Notes: generated by a model not told the origin, from the letters alone. DNA of 24,000 nt from an uncultured Desulfobacter sp. (GCA_963677125.1 OY781882.1:5490518-5514517), one strand, 5' to 3'; counted from the first letter of the stretch, positions 1 through 10,526 are shown. Numbers and translations are program-made.

Positions 1-297
1 GCTTTTGTGTGAAAGCTCCCCAAGGGCAGTAAGAAAAATGACCGGTATCTCACGGGTGCGCTTTAACACTTTTAGCTGTTTACAGACCTGGTAGCCGTCT
101 ATACCCGGCATCATGATATCTAAAAGGATCAGGTCCGGCGGATCTTCAGCCGTCATTTCCAAGGCAGACTCTCCGTCTGTGGCGACTCTGATATCGTAGG
201 ATTCCCCTAAGATGTCCATCAGGAGGTCGATGTTTAATTTTGTATCATCCACTACCAGAATGACATCCTTTTCTTGCTTGTTTAAAAATTCAGTCAT
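1..297 (-). CDS. Response regulator receiver domain protein, truncated by window edge (C-terminus missing; possibly REC-HD-GYP like its neighbour)
   Basis: My reverse-complement translation from ATG at 297: MTEFLNKQEKDVILVVDDTKLNIDLLMDILGESYDIRVATDGESALEMTAEDPPDLILLDIMMPGIDGYQVCKQLKVLKRTREIPVIFLTAL... It has the VDD acidic pocket, LLDIMMPG phosphoacceptor and FLTA. The start overlaps the stop of the upstream kinase (TGA at 292-290) by 8 nt. Close paralogue of the 5489-6601 receiver. Confidence 0.9.
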   Translation of the reverse strand, partial: MTEFLNKQEKDVILVVDDTKLNIDLLMDILGESYDIRVATDGESALEMTAEDPPDLILLDIMMPGIDGYQVCKQLKVLKRTREIPVIFLTALGELSHKS

Positions 298-3200
298 TGA
301 ATTGCTCCAGTTCGGATATTAGGGCGGTTAGCAGTGCGCCTGCCTCTTTGAACTTGTATTTACCAACCATGGTATTTAATTCTTCAAGCCTGGCCCTGTA
401 TTGATCCGGCCAGGTATAGCCGTTTATTTTTTCAAGACCCTCTTTAACCGGTTTTGGTTTGTGTTTTGTGATATGAGGCACAAGGGGTTTAAGAAATTCT
501 AATAAGTGTTGGGATTCGCCTTTTTCTAATGATTCGGATGGGCTGTTTTGTTCCGCTGTCCGGGTCAGGGGGGCCAGGGTTTCTAAAATCGTTTCAAGTT
601 CTTTTTTAAACTTTTGGCGCAGGGGTATGATTTGATCCGGGCCTGAGTTCGACCTCAGGCCGCTTTCCAAGTTTGCTGCAGTTGTTTGAAGGGGTTTTGC
701 GCCAATGGTTCCGGCCAGGCCTTTAACCGTATGTACCAACCGGCCGGCTGTCTCTTGGTCCCGGTCCAGAATCGCTTTTTCAAGTGCTGCTGCAGTCTCT
801 TGGTTCTCTGCATGAAACTTTGCCAATAAATGGATGTAGCGTTTTTTGTTTTGGCCCATCCTGGCCAGTCCCTGGGCAATATCAATGCCTTTTAAGGGCG
901 GCAGATTCGGTTCATCGTTTTGTGTTGTTTCGGCATTGGTTGCGTTGATGACGCGTTTGCCGGGTGTTATCCATTTGACCAGGACCCTGAAAAGTTCAGA
1001 CGGATTGATGGGCTTGGTGACATAGTCGTTCATTCCGATCGCGAGAACCTCGTCTTTTACGCCGCTCATGGCGTCGGCGGTCATGGCAATGATGGGCGGC
1101 TGTCCCCTCTCAAGGTCAAGACTGCGAATATGCCGGGTGGCCATCCTGCCGTCCATTACCGGCATCTGCAGGTCCATGAGTACGGCATCAAATGTTTGGG
1201 CGGATACCATGTCCACCCCGATCTGCCCGTTATCAGCCACCTCAACAAAAAAACCCTCTTGTTCAAGCAGTTCCACCGCCAGCTCTTGATTTATTTCATT
1301 GTCCTCAACCAACAAAAGCCTGGCACCCAGGATGTTGTTAAAATTTTCAGGCCGCTCTTCCTCTGTTTTTTTTCTGCGGCTCACGGAGCCCGATTCCTGT
1401 TGCCCAAAGGCCATCATTACCGCATCCAATAGCATGGAAGGCGTTATCGGCTTTGAAAGCACCGTATCAATGCCCAATGTGGCGGCTTGCACCATGACCG
1501 CCTGTCGATCATGGCTCGTTACCATGATAATCGAAGGACTCTTTTTGAGCCCCATATCCTGAACAATATGTCCGGCTGTCTCAATACCGTCTATACCAGG
1601 CATCTGCCGGTCCAGGATTATTAAATCATATTGGCCGGATTGGTCCTGTTCCGCTTTTTCCAGTTTTTCTATGGCGGCGCGGCCTGACAATGCGGCCTGC
1701 ACATCAAAAGAGAATGCCTCCAGATAACTGGTTATGACCCGGCAAAAGGTTTGATTATCGTCCACCACCAGGGTTTTTAAACCATTTAAGCCCTGGGGGA
1801 TGCATTGCTTCTTCTTTTTTTTCTGTCCGGTTCTGCCGAATTTGGCTGTGAACCGGAATGTGGAGCCCTTGCCCGGTTCACTGGTCACCCCGATGGTGCC
1901 GCCCATCAATTCACAGAGTCTTTTACAGATGGAAAGGCCTAAACCGGAACCGCCGTATCGCCTTGTGGTGGTGGTGTCTGCCTGGTGAAAGGCTTGAAAC
2001 AGTTTAGCCTGCTGCTCCCGGCTCAGGCCGATGCCTGTATCTCGTACCTCAAATTTAAGCACGGCTTCATGGGGCAGGATGTCTATCCCAGAGATGGATA
2101 CCTCAATTTCTCCTTTTTCAGTGAATTTAATTGCATTGTTGGCCAGATTCAGCAGGATTTGACCCAGTCGCAAGGGATCGCCTATGAGAAAAATCGGCAC
2201 GGTTGTATCCATGTTGAATATCAATTCCAGCCCCTTTTCCCGGGTTTTTCCCGCGATCAGCCCGGACAGGTTGTCAAGCACGGCGTTCAGGTTAAAATCA
2301 ATTTTTTCAATCGTCAGTTTGCCTGCCTCAATTTTGGAAAAATCAAGAATATCATTGATGATACCCAGAAGATTTTGGGCGGAAAGATGCACTTTTTCAA
2401 TGTAATTGCGTTGTTTTGCATTTAACTGTGTTTTTAATGTCAGGTGCGTCATGCCAAGGATCGCATTCATGGGGGTTCGGATTTCATGACTCATGTTGGC
2501 AAGGAAATCCGACTTGGCCCGTGTAGCTTCTTCGGCCTTTTCCTTGGCATTTATGACTTCCAGCTCCGCTTTCTTACGTTCCGTGATATCCATAAGCCAG
2601 GCTAGAATCCTTTGCCCGCCGTTATGGTTGAGCCGCACAAAACTGAGCATGACATCCATTATTTCCCCTGTTGCGCTGTACATCTGAAGCTCTTCATTGA
2701 CAACGGGTTCATTTCTATTCAACCTGTTGACTAATTCGTCCCGCTTGTGGGGGATTACATAGAGATTTGCCGGGCGTTCTCCTTTTCTCACCCCAAACAT
2801 TTCCACAAATTGGGGATTGCAGAAATCAAGCACTCCGTGAGTTGAAGAGGCAACGCCCACCGGACTGTTATCCAGAATCAGGCGAAGGTTTTTTTCTGAT
2901 GTTTTCAGGGCTTCTTCTGCGGCCTTTCGTTCAGAGATGTCCCTGATGGATGCCACCACCAAAATACCGGACCTGCTTTGTATGGGGCTTACGCTGATTT
3001 CCACGGGAATCAGAGCGCCTGTTTTGGCACGAATGGTTTGCTCCATACTGAATCTAACGGGTTTTGGGGGCGCAGTCTGATCAAGCAGTTTGGCTTTGAC
3101 CTCCTTCATGCAGGCGTGTGCTTGTTCCGGAAACAGTATATCCACCGTGGCACCCAAAAGTTCAGCTCTTTCATATCCAAACAACAGTTCTGTTTGGGAG

Positions 3201-5431
3201 TTGACCAGGATGATATCACTTTCTTCATCACAGGCCATCATTGCGTCAGGTGCCGATTCCAGCAGTGCTGAAAACAGTTCCTGGTTTTCTTTAAGTTCCA
3301 GGGTGCGCTCCGCCACCTTTTCTTCAAGGTCCGCTTTTGCCGCTTCAAGGGTTTTTCGGGTACGGTCGCCCAGGCTGAGGACCAGAAGAACGCAAAACAC
3401 GGAGAGGACCAGGGTCAGGCCGAGAATGATAAAAACGGCCGTTCGGATTTGATGGAATCCTGCCATGGCCTCTTCAATGTCTATCTCTGCTGCAAGGCCC
3501 AGGTCAAGGTCCGGATTCCAGAGCCAGACCCCGAAGACCGGAACGCCTCTGTAATCCCGGTAGCCTTGCATATTTTCTTCCATTGAAGAGGCTCCGTGCG
3601 TAATCTGTTTATCCGCCAGCCGACGCCGGAGCGCAAGGGCCTGTTTGGCCAAATGGGTCAAGGGCTGTTCCGATCGAGGTGTCTCTGTCTGAAACCCTTG
3701 GGTCAAATTCCCGCCCGGATCTCTAAGGTCAAGGGTCAACGCGCTTGATTCATACGATTTTAAAAGGCCTATCTCTTTAAGCTGAGCGTCGAACCGGCTT
3801 GGGGTGACCATTCTGCCGGTTTGGTCAAAGGCATAAATATCATCGGTTACCCATCGCCCAAAAGATCTCGTTAATTGTGTCAGATCTTTCAGGGGGGCGA
3901 TCGTAAGTGCGATAACCGCAATGATCTCGTCGTCGGGTCCTGCAACAGGACTGACCACCACCATGTCGGATTTTATTTTTGAATTGCTGCTGCCAATAGG
4001 GGGAATCATTGGGGGTATGAAAAGTGTTTCCCCCATAAATGCTCTTTTCAAGCGGCCCGGATACTGCAGTGATACCGGATGTCGTATGCCGATAGTTGAA
4101 TTGTCTGCGGCACCGATCACGAAATGATCCGGACTAATAATGCAAAAATCGGTATAGGAAAAGTCGGTGCCGTGGGTGGCAAAAAAAGTTCTGGCATCTT
4201 CCTGGGCTGCGGATGCCGTTGTTTGTTTTTCGGTGTAATAGTCATAAAGCAGCCGGCGGGTGATGCCGATAAGGGATGGCTTTTTAACTAGATGGTTTAT
4301 GGAGGCCTTTCGATCCATGATCCACATATCTGCTCTGTCTTGGGTTAACTCCAGCATCAGTCGCAGATGGGAGGTCATGTCCCTGATTGTGGAATCCCGG
4401 GTTTTTTCCATCATCAGCCATCCTAAACTCGATATGGTCAGCACAAAAAGGCATAGTCCTGCAACAACCAGCAGGCGAAACCGGGGAGTGCCGAACAGAA
4501 CCGCTACCCGCTCCTGGCCCATTCCTTTGGAAAGGATCAGGAGGATGACAAGGATGACGGCCGAAAAAACAGCGCTTAGTATGCCTATGGTTTTCGGCGT
4601 GATCGTTACAGGCGTTCGGTTCGAGTGGTCCGGTTCATCGGATAAGTTGACGTAATGATTTATGATTGATTGTTTCTGGGTTTCCGGTATGAGGTTTAAT
4701 GCCTTTTCAAGGATGCTCGCAAGTTCGGGCCGGTCCTTGGGCGCACCGATGGCGAGTATGGAACCTGGCCTGTTCAGTCTGCCATGGAACTTCAGGCTCC
4801 CCATGACCTCCTTTCCCATGATATAGGCTGCAACCGTCCGGTTGCCTACGTAAGCATCCGCTTCCGCCCTGGCTACTGCATCCAGAGCCAAAGCCGTATC
4901 GGGGTAAGTCTTTATTTTTATATCTGGATATTTTTGCTTGAAATAGGAGACGCTGTAAAAACCTTTTTCCAGGGCCAGGGTTTTTTGGGCCAGGTCTTTT
5001 TCCGATTCATAATAGGTCCCTTTTTTGGGGCCGACGATAACATGAGGGATGTTGAGATAAGGACTTGTGAAATTTAAGAATTTTTTTCTGTCCGGCCTGG
5101 GGGTGATGTCCATGATGGCATCCAGTTCCCCGTTCCTGACTTTCTGCAGATTTTCGGCAAAAGGCCCCGGCACCACCATCAGCCGACCGCCCAAAGAGTG
5201 ATTCATTGCCTTGATATAGTCAATACCGATACCGGCCGGGGTGCCTGTGCTGTCGATGAAATCCATGGGCGGCCATGCATCCATGACGCCGATTGTGATT
5301 CGGGGATGTGCCGTAAGCCATTTTACTTCTTTGCCCGTAAGGTTTTGCAACGGTTTTGCCACGCTTTGCAACGGGAGTGTAAAAAGTATGAGTATGACTA
5401 AGCAGACGATATGTTTTTTTATCTTTCTCAT
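290..5431 (-). CDS. BvgS/EvgS-like hybrid sensor histidine kinase: signal peptide, SBP_bac_3 domain, TM, dCache-like domain, TM, PAS-PAS-HisKA-HATPase-REC-REC-Hpt, C-terminal helical extension
   Basis: 1713-aa ORF. N-terminal signal sequence, then a periplasmic binding protein family 3 pattern (ITIGVMDAWPPMDFID..GTPAGIGIDYI; RPDRKKFLNFTSPY). TM near VTITPKTIGILSAVFSAVILVILLIL and again at FRLLVVAGLCLFVLTISSLGW. Cache-like region, then TM VFIILGLTLVLSVFCVLLVL. PAS domains (SALLESAPDAMMACDEES.., LILDNSPVGVASS..), H-box [21 protein letters not shown] motifs (NLANNAIKF, DTGIGL, GGSGLGLSIC), two receivers (LIILDRQMPGIDG, AVLMDLQMPVMDG) and Hpt (GRLVHTVKGLAGTIGA). Confidence 0.93.
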   Translation of the reverse strand: MRKIKKHIVCLVILILFTLPLQSVAKPLQNLTGKEVKWLTAHPRITIGVMDAWPPMDFIDSTGTPAGIGIDYIKAMNHSLGGRLMVVPGPFAENLQKVRNGELDAIMDITPRPDRKKFLNFTSPYLNIPHVIVGPKKGTYYESEKDLAQKTLALEKGFYSVSYFKQKYPDIKIKTYPDTALALDAVARAEADAYVGNRTVAAYIMGKEVMGSLKFHGRLNRPGSILAIGAPKDRPELASILEKALNLIPETQKQSIINHYVNLSDEPDHSNRTPVTITPKTIGILSAVFSAVILVILLILSKGMGQERVAVLFGTPRFRLLVVAGLCLFVLTISSLGWLMMEKTRDSTIRDMTSHLRLMLELTQDRADMWIMDRKASINHLVKKPSLIGITRRLLYDYYTEKQTTASAAQEDARTFFATHGTDFSYTDFCIISPDHFVIGAADNSTIGIRHPVSLQYPGRLKRAFMGETLFIPPMIPPIGSSNSKIKSDMVVVSPVAGPDDEIIAVIALTIAPLKDLTQLTRSFGRWVTDDIYAFDQTGRMVTPSRFDAQLKEIGLLKSYESSALTLDLRDPGGNLTQGFQTETPRSEQPLTHLAKQALALRRRLADKQITHGASSMEENMQGYRDYRGVPVFGVWLWNPDLDLGLAAEIDIEEAMAGFHQIRTAVFIILGLTLVLSVFCVLLVLSLGDRTRKTLEAAKADLEEKVAERTLELKENQELFSALLESAPDAMMACDEESDIILVNSQTELLFGYERAELLGATVDILFPEQAHACMKEVKAKLLDQTAPPKPVRFSMEQTIRAKTGALIPVEISVSPIQSRSGILVVASIRDISERKAAEEALKTSEKNLRLILDNSPVGVASSTHGVLDFCNPQFVEMFGVRKGERPANLYVIPHKRDELVNRLNRNEPVVNEELQMYSATGEIMDVMLSFVRLNHNGGQRILAWLMDITERKKAELEVINAKEKAEEATRAKSDFLANMSHEIRTPMNAILGMTHLTLKTQLNAKQRNYIEKVHLSAQNLLGIINDILDFSKIEAGKLTIEKIDFNLNAVLDNLSGLIAGKTREKGLELIFNMDTTVPIFLIGDPLRLGQILLNLANNAIKFTEKGEIEVSISGIDILPHEAVLKFEVRDTGIGLSREQQAKLFQAFHQADTTTTRRYGGSGLGLSICKRLCELMGGTIGVTSEPGKGSTFRFTAKFGRTGQKKKKKQCIPQGLNGLKTLVVDDNQTFCRVITSYLEAFSFDVQAALSGRAAIEKLEKAEQDQSGQYDLIILDRQMPGIDGIETAGHIVQDMGLKKSPSIIMVTSHDRQAVMVQAATLGIDTVLSKPITPSMLLDAVMMAFGQQESGSVSRRKKTEEERPENFNNILGARLLLVEDNEINQELAVELLEQEGFFVEVADNGQIGVDMVSAQTFDAVLMDLQMPVMDGRMATRHIRSLDLERGQPPIIAMTADAMSGVKDEVLAIGMNDYVTKPINPSELFRVLVKWITPGKRVINATNAETTQNDEPNLPPLKGIDIAQGLARMGQNKKRYIHLLAKFHAENQETAAALEKAILDRDQETAGRLVHTVKGLAGTIGAKPLQTTAANLESGLRSNSGPDQIIPLRQKFKKELETILETLAPLTRTAEQNSPSESLEKGESQHLLEFLKPLVPHITKHKPKPVKEGLEKINGYTWPDQYRARLEELNTMVGKYKFKEAGALLTALISELEQFND

Positions 5432-5488
5432 TACAGATTCCCTAAGGGCATTGGCGTGTAATTTTAACTATGGGTTGATCTGGGGTAT

Positions 5489-6601
5489 TTATTCATTTTC
5501 GGTTGTTTTTTCTCCGGTAAGCGCCTGTTTTTCCTCTTGGGAATCGGCCAGTGAAGAGGCGATTTGTAAAAATTCGTCTTCAATCGTTGAAAGCATTTCC
5601 ACCATTACCGGGTCAAAATGGGTACCACTTTCTTTAGTTATAATATCCATGGCTTTGGCATGGCTGAAGGGCGGTTTATAGACCCGTTTGGAAATCAGGG
5701 CATCGTAGACATCCGCAATGGCCATCAGTCGTCCGGAAACAGGAATATCTTCCCCCCTAAGGCCGTTGGGGTAACCTGAACCGTCCCATTTTTCATGGTG
5801 GGTGTAGGCGATTCTTCGGGCATACTGCATAAATGAGTTATTTCCCAGTTTTTCTTCTGCAATTTTAAGGGCATCTCTGCCGTATATGGTATGGTTTTTC
5901 ATCTCTTCAAACTCTTCATCGGTAAGTTTACCGGGCTTGAGAAGGATGCTGTCGGCCACCCCGACTTTGCCGATATCATGGAGTGGCGCTGATTTGTAGA
6001 GCAGGTCAATCACCTCGTCGGTCAATATTTGTTCGAACGTCGGCACTGTTTTGAGCCGGCGGGCAAGAGCGCGAACGTACCGCTGGGTTCTCAGGATATG
6101 CCCCCCGGTTTCAGGGTCCCGGGTCTCGGCCAGACTGGCCAGGCTATATATGGTGACTTCCTGGGTCAGTGCCAGTTCCTTTGTTCTCAACGCCACCAGT
6201 TCCTGGAGATGGTCCTGGTGTTTTTTCAGTTCCAACTGGTTTGATACCCGGGCTTTGACCAGTTCGGGCGAAAAGGGTTTGGTCACGTAATCCACTGCCC
6301 CGAGTGCCAGTCCTTTGGCTTCGTTTTGTTCGTCTGCCATGGCCGTTAAAAAGATGACCGGGATATCGTGGGTCAACGGGTCATCTTTTAGACGCCGGCA
6401 CACCTCATAGCCGTCCATGCCGGGCATCATGATGTCAAGCAGAATAATATCGGGCTTTTCTTCTGCCACGTTTTCCAGTGCGGATTCTCCGTCCAGGGCC
6501 ACCTGGATGTCGTAGGTGTCCCCCAATGTTTCCATCAATATATCGATATTGGTCTCGGTATCATCCACAATTAAAATGGTCGATTGTTCGTTTTCTTCCA
6601 T
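5489..6601 (-). CDS. Two-component response regulator with HD-GYP output (probable c-di-GMP phosphodiesterase)
   Basis: 370-aa ORF. Receiver ILIVDDTETNIDILMETLGD...ILLDIMMPGMDG...FLTA...TKPF, followed by HD-GYP motifs: SAPLHDIGKVGV, HHEKWDGSGYPNGLRGEDIPVSGRLMAIADVYDAL. RBS-like AGGAG (ccaggagaaacacaATG) upstream. Confidence 0.95.
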   Translation of the reverse strand: MEENEQSTILIVDDTETNIDILMETLGDTYDIQVALDGESALENVAEEKPDIILLDIMMPGMDGYEVCRRLKDDPLTHDIPVIFLTAMADEQNEAKGLALGAVDYVTKPFSPELVKARVSNQLELKKHQDHLQELVALRTKELALTQEVTIYSLASLAETRDPETGGHILRTQRYVRALARRLKTVPTFEQILTDEVIDLLYKSAPLHDIGKVGVADSILLKPGKLTDEEFEEMKNHTIYGRDALKIAEEKLGNNSFMQYARRIAYTHHEKWDGSGYPNGLRGEDIPVSGRLMAIADVYDALISKRVYKPPFSHAKAMDIITKESGTHFDPVMVEMLSTIEDEFLQIASSLADSQEEKQALTGEKTTENE

Positions 6602-6628
6602 TGTGTTTCTCCTGGTTCTCGTATCTTT

Positions 6629-9478
6629 TTAGGTGTTTTTTTCTTGATGTGTTTGAAGCTTTTCGTGAACAGCCTCGGCAATGGGCAAAATTTCTTTAAA
6701 TTTATAGCGGCCGGCAAGTTTGTTGATTTTTTGAAGATCATTTAAAAACGCTTTTGGCCATCCCAGCGTATTGATTTTAGCTACATTGAGTTTTATCTGT
6801 TTGGCCTGACGTTTTTTCAGAAAAGGGATCAGCCGTTCAATGCATTGAATCAGTTCCGTGGTATCCGCGATTTTGGATGGAATGCTCAACGGTGTTTCCT
6901 CTTGCTTCAGTACGGCGAGCCCCTCCTGAACGATGGCCATTTCCTGAGCAAACCGTGCCATCTCTTTTTTATCCGGCAGTTCCTGGTTTGGGTTGGATTT
7001 CAGTTTAGCCTCAACAACCTGTGCTGCTGCCTGAAGTTTTTTCGCCCCCAGATTTCCGGCAACACCCTTGATGGAGTGCGCCAGGCGCCGGGCGTCTTCA
7101 AAGGCATTTTCTTTTATCAATGAATCGAGCTGTTCTGCCGCATCTGCATAATCTCTTTTAACTTTCAGCAGTAAGTGTTTGTATAATTTTTTATTGTTGT
7201 TGATTCGGTCTAACCCCTGGACCATATCAATGCCCGGCAGCGATTCCGGCAATCCATCAAAGGTCTGTTCATCCTTTTGGACTTCGGATTGGGCTTCTGA
7301 TTGTTCTGGGGCCGGAACAGGCAGGGGGACGTCTCTTTTTGCAGGCTTTATCCATTGGACCAATGCCTTGAACAACTCCTGCGGATTGATGGGTTTGGTG
7401 ACATGTTCCTGCATGCCGACTTTAAGGCTTTTTTCCCGGTCTCCGGACATGGCATGGGCGGTCATGGCAATAATGGGAAGGGTTTGGGCCGTTTTTACCT
7501 CTCTGATCTTTTTTGTCGCCTCCATGCCGCCCATCACCGGCATTTGGATGTCCATTAAAACCAGGTCATAATTTTTTTCAAGGGCTGCATGAACCCCCTC
7601 TTTCCCATTGTCGGCAACGTCCACAATCAAGCCCGCCCCCTGTAGAATTTCCACCGCAACCTCCTGGTTGATCTCATTGTCTTCCACCAGAAGAATCCGC
7701 GCGCCACGGATTTGTTCAATTTTCCGGTGATAGGGCTGCTGGTCACGGCGTGATTTGATTTGAATCCTTCGGCCAAAGGCGACCATGATGGCATCAAACA
7801 GCTCAGACTGAGTAACAGGTTTGACAATGATGCCGTCTAACCCCACTCCCTTTGACTGCTCTCCCGCTTCAGTGCGGTCATAGGCTGTTGCCATAATGAT
7901 TTTGGGTTTTGGTTCAAGATTGGGTAATGCCATGATTGCCCGAGTGGTCTCCACGCCGTCCATGCCCGGCATCTGCCAGTCAATGAGCATCATTTGAAAC
8001 GGATCTGTCTTTGAATCGCGTTGAATCAGATCAATGGCGTCGGCGCCAGTGGATAGGCTGACCGTCCTGAATCCCATGGCCCCCAGATATGATTCGAATA
8101 TTTCCCGGGCTGTGGCATTGTCATCCACCACCAATACCCGCATTTGGTGCAGTTGATCATCGGTTTCAACCTGTTTGAACGTCATGTTGTTGTCCGAAAT
8201 GCCGAATCGTGCCGTAAAAAAGAACGTTGATCCTTTTCCGCATTCAGAAGAGACGCCGATGTTCCCTCCCATCATTTCAGCCAAGCGTTTTGAAATGGTC
8301 AGCCCCAGGCCTGTTCCGCCATACTTGCGGGTGGTGGATGTGTCCGCCTGGGAAAATGCCTGGAATAAATTGCTTTGCTGCTCTTTTGTCATGCCGATGC
8401 CGGTGTCTTTAACGGAGAACTTGAGCAGGACACTCTGTTCATACCGTTTGGCAATGCGACATGTCATGAGCACTTCCCCTTTTTCCGTGAATTTGGCGGC
8501 ATTGCCGGCCAGATTCACCAGAATCTGTTTCAGGCGCAAGGGATCGCCTGTCAACATCTTGGGCAAATTCGGGGCAATTCGTACAAGCAGTTCCAATCCC
8601 TTTTCCGATGTTTTGACCGCTGCCAGATCCGAGGCTTGTGACATGACCGAATCAATTGAAAAATCCACTGACTCCATATCCAGTTTACCCGCTTCGATTT
8701 TGGAAAAATCCAGAATATCATTGATTAATCCCAAAAGGGCATTGGCGGCCCCGTCGATTTTGTTCAAATAATCGGTCTGTTTGGGGGTCAATTCAGTTTT
8801 AAGCGCCAGGTGGGTCATACCGATGATGGCGTTCATGGGTGTTCTGATTTCATGGCTCATGTTGGCCAGAAAATCACTTTTGGCCTGGGTGGCGGATTCC
8901 GCCTGTTTTTTGGCTTCATCAAGATCGTCCATGATGTTGAGCATGGCGCGTTTGGCCCTGGCCAGCTCCGCCACCTGATTTTTAAGTTCCAGGGTCGCCA
9001 TTTTTGTTTTTTGCTGGGCTTCTTTGAGTTCCTGATTTTTTTTTAACAAGTCATGGAGCAGCTCTTCTTTTAGGGGCGCTCCCAGCATCTCCCGGGTCTT
9101 TTCAATCAGGGATTGCGACAGAGAAAAGTCCGGATCCGGCAGTTTTTTTTCGCCGGTAAAGCATGTCTGGTCTCCATTGATCCCGGATACATCGCTATGG
9201 CTGAAATAGCTTGCGGCCAACGTTTTTTTGACGTGATCAAACGGTTCGATTCTGACGTGTATGGCATGCCCGTATTCCTGACGTTCCAATAAGATTTCGG
9301 CCTGTGTTTTTTTATCTTTGTGCTCATCTTCCCACGAGATCAACTCCGTGAAAATCGTTGCGAATTTAGCAGCCTGAATGTCATCGAATCCAAACCAGGT
9401 TGACATTTCGAAAAGTTTTAACCCGGTTTCTTTCAACCCTGATTTTGTACCCAATGAGAATTTTCCAAGTTCGATCAT
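6629..9478 (-). CDS. Soluble hybrid histidine kinase: N-terminal degenerate RsbT/RsbW-like ATPase region, coiled coil, HisKA-HATPase-REC-REC-Hpt and C-terminal helical extension
   Basis: The ORF track gives 6629..9502, but ATG at 9478 ([26 protein letters not shown]...) makes a canonical ATGA overlap with the TGA (9477-9475) of the upstream gene, so I prefer that start. Motifs: [85 protein letters not shown]. No obvious TM segment. Confidence 0.93.
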   Translation of the reverse strand: MIELGKFSLGTKSGLKETGLKLFEMSTWFGFDDIQAAKFATIFTELISWEDEHKDKKTQAEILLERQEYGHAIHVRIEPFDHVKKTLAASYFSHSDVSGINGDQTCFTGEKKLPDPDFSLSQSLIEKTREMLGAPLKEELLHDLLKKNQELKEAQQKTKMATLELKNQVAELARAKRAMLNIMDDLDEAKKQAESATQAKSDFLANMSHEIRTPMNAIIGMTHLALKTELTPKQTDYLNKIDGAANALLGLINDILDFSKIEAGKLDMESVDFSIDSVMSQASDLAAVKTSEKGLELLVRIAPNLPKMLTGDPLRLKQILVNLAGNAAKFTEKGEVLMTCRIAKRYEQSVLLKFSVKDTGIGMTKEQQSNLFQAFSQADTSTTRKYGGTGLGLTISKRLAEMMGGNIGVSSECGKGSTFFFTARFGISDNNMTFKQVETDDQLHQMRVLVVDDNATAREIFESYLGAMGFRTVSLSTGADAIDLIQRDSKTDPFQMMLIDWQMPGMDGVETTRAIMALPNLEPKPKIIMATAYDRTEAGEQSKGVGLDGIIVKPVTQSELFDAIMVAFGRRIQIKSRRDQQPYHRKIEQIRGARILLVEDNEINQEVAVEILQGAGLIVDVADNGKEGVHAALEKNYDLVLMDIQMPVMGGMEATKKIREVKTAQTLPIIAMTAHAMSGDREKSLKVGMQEHVTKPINPQELFKALVQWIKPAKRDVPLPVPAPEQSEAQSEVQKDEQTFDGLPESLPGIDMVQGLDRINNNKKLYKHLLLKVKRDYADAAEQLDSLIKENAFEDARRLAHSIKGVAGNLGAKKLQAAAQVVEAKLKSNPNQELPDKKEMARFAQEMAIVQEGLAVLKQEETPLSIPSKIADTTELIQCIERLIPFLKKRQAKQIKLNVAKINTLGWPKAFLNDLQKINKLAGRYKFKEILPIAEAVHEKLQTHQEKNT

Positions 9479-10077
9479 ACGCCGACCCTCAATACAATGC
9501 ATGATAGATCATCAGATCCTTTCCCAAGATTGGTGATGAAATTGTTGCAGATATCCTCGGCACGGCCCGTGGTGATGCCTGGGTAGGCATTGGGATCAAA
9601 GTGTTCTTTGATCCCGTCAGAGGTCATAACCAGAATATCTCCGGGCATCATCCGGGTTTCGGACTGGGCAGGGGAGGGCATCATATAGCCCACAATGCCG
9701 TCTTTTGTGACAAGGGTTACCTGGCTTGTTCCGAATAATCGCAGATGAATATTCCCCATTCCTGAATATTGAAGCATCCCCGTGTCTATATCGAGTCTGC
9801 AGGCGGCCGCCACGGCACCCCGGGTTCCCTTTAAACACTGATGCAGACCGTTGATAATTTCGGTCAACGGCTTTGAATAATTTTGGGCCAGGTACTCTTT
9901 TGAAAGCCGTGCCACTTGCGCCGCATGTTTTCCATGTCCGAGCACATCCACCAGGGCAAGGAAACAAAAATTGTCGTACGCTTTGACAAAGCCGATATCC
10001 CCACACTCGTCCGGCTCTCCGGTCAACGCTTTTTTTTCTATGTGAAAATCAATGATCTGCCCGTTTAGTCTCATCAA
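9475..10077 (-). CDS. PP2C-type (SpoIIE/RsbX-like) serine phosphatase
   Basis: 200-aa [36 protein letters not shown] (acidic metal site), [29 protein letters not shown], all typical of PP2C/SpoIIE domains. Position after RST genes matches rsbX. Confidence 0.9.
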   Translation of the reverse strand: MMRLNGQIIDFHIEKKALTGEPDECGDIGFVKAYDNFCFLALVDVLGHGKHAAQVARLSKEYLAQNYSKPLTEIINGLHQCLKGTRGAVAAACRLDIDTGMLQYSGMGNIHLRLFGTSQVTLVTKDGIVGYMMPSPAQSETRMMPGDILVMTSDGIKEHFDPNAYPGITTGRAEDICNNFITNLGKGSDDLSCIVLRVGV

Positions 10078-10500
10078 TTAATCCATCCATTTGATTGCTG
10101 TTATCTGAGTGCCCACACCGGGTGTCGATCGAATCTGAAAATCATCCATAATCCGCTTTACACTGGGCAGGCCGAGTCCAAGTCCGTTTCCGGAACTGTA
10201 GTTTTCTTTCATGGCCATTTTCATATTGTTTATGCCTGGACCCTGATCCTGGGCATTGACCTTAAACCCTATCTTGTCACCACGGTGAATGATGCTTAAG
10301 GTAATTTTTCCCTTTCGCGCATACCGGATAATATTGGTGGATAATTCTGAAACCGCTGAAGCAATCAAATACTGTGCTGTTTCTCCAAAATGCATTTCAG
10401 CTAAAATTTTTCTGGCACTGTACACGACCTGGGCGTTGTCCGAGGGCTCATATAAATCAAAGGTCACCCGTTCATCTATAAAATTCATGGTATTTATCAT
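10078..10500 (-). CDS. RsbT-like anti-sigma regulatory factor / serine-threonine protein kinase (GHKL ATPase)
   Basis: The ORF track extends to 10554, but that start lies inside the rsbS-like gene. MINTMNFIDERVTFDLYEPSDNAQVV starts at 10500, after the rsbS stop at 10527. GHKL motifs: SAVSELSTNIIRYARKGKITL (N-box), DQGPGI, SGNGLGLGLPSVKRIMDDFQI. Confidence 0.93.
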   Translation of the reverse strand: MINTMNFIDERVTFDLYEPSDNAQVVYSARKILAEMHFGETAQYLIASAVSELSTNIIRYARKGKITLSIIHRGDKIGFKVNAQDQGPGINNMKMAMKENYSSGNGLGLGLPSVKRIMDDFQIRSTPGVGTQITAIKWMD

Positions 10501-10526
10501 CAAGTTCAGGCCCTTTCCGGCAATAT

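Noticed and set aside
920-1432. Plus-strand 170-aa ORF antisense to the hybrid kinase
   Set aside because: Mirror ORF within strongly coding REC/Hpt sequence; composition and lack of any family pattern indicate it is spurious.
1985-2425. Plus-strand 146-aa ORF and neighbouring short plus-strand ORFs through 5681
   Set aside because: All overlap well-supported minus-strand domains and show no protein-family signatures.
8175-8771. Plus-strand 198-aa ORF antisense to kinase at 6629-9478
   Set aside because: Lies opposite conserved HATPase/HisKA coding sequence; no recognisable domain or RBS.
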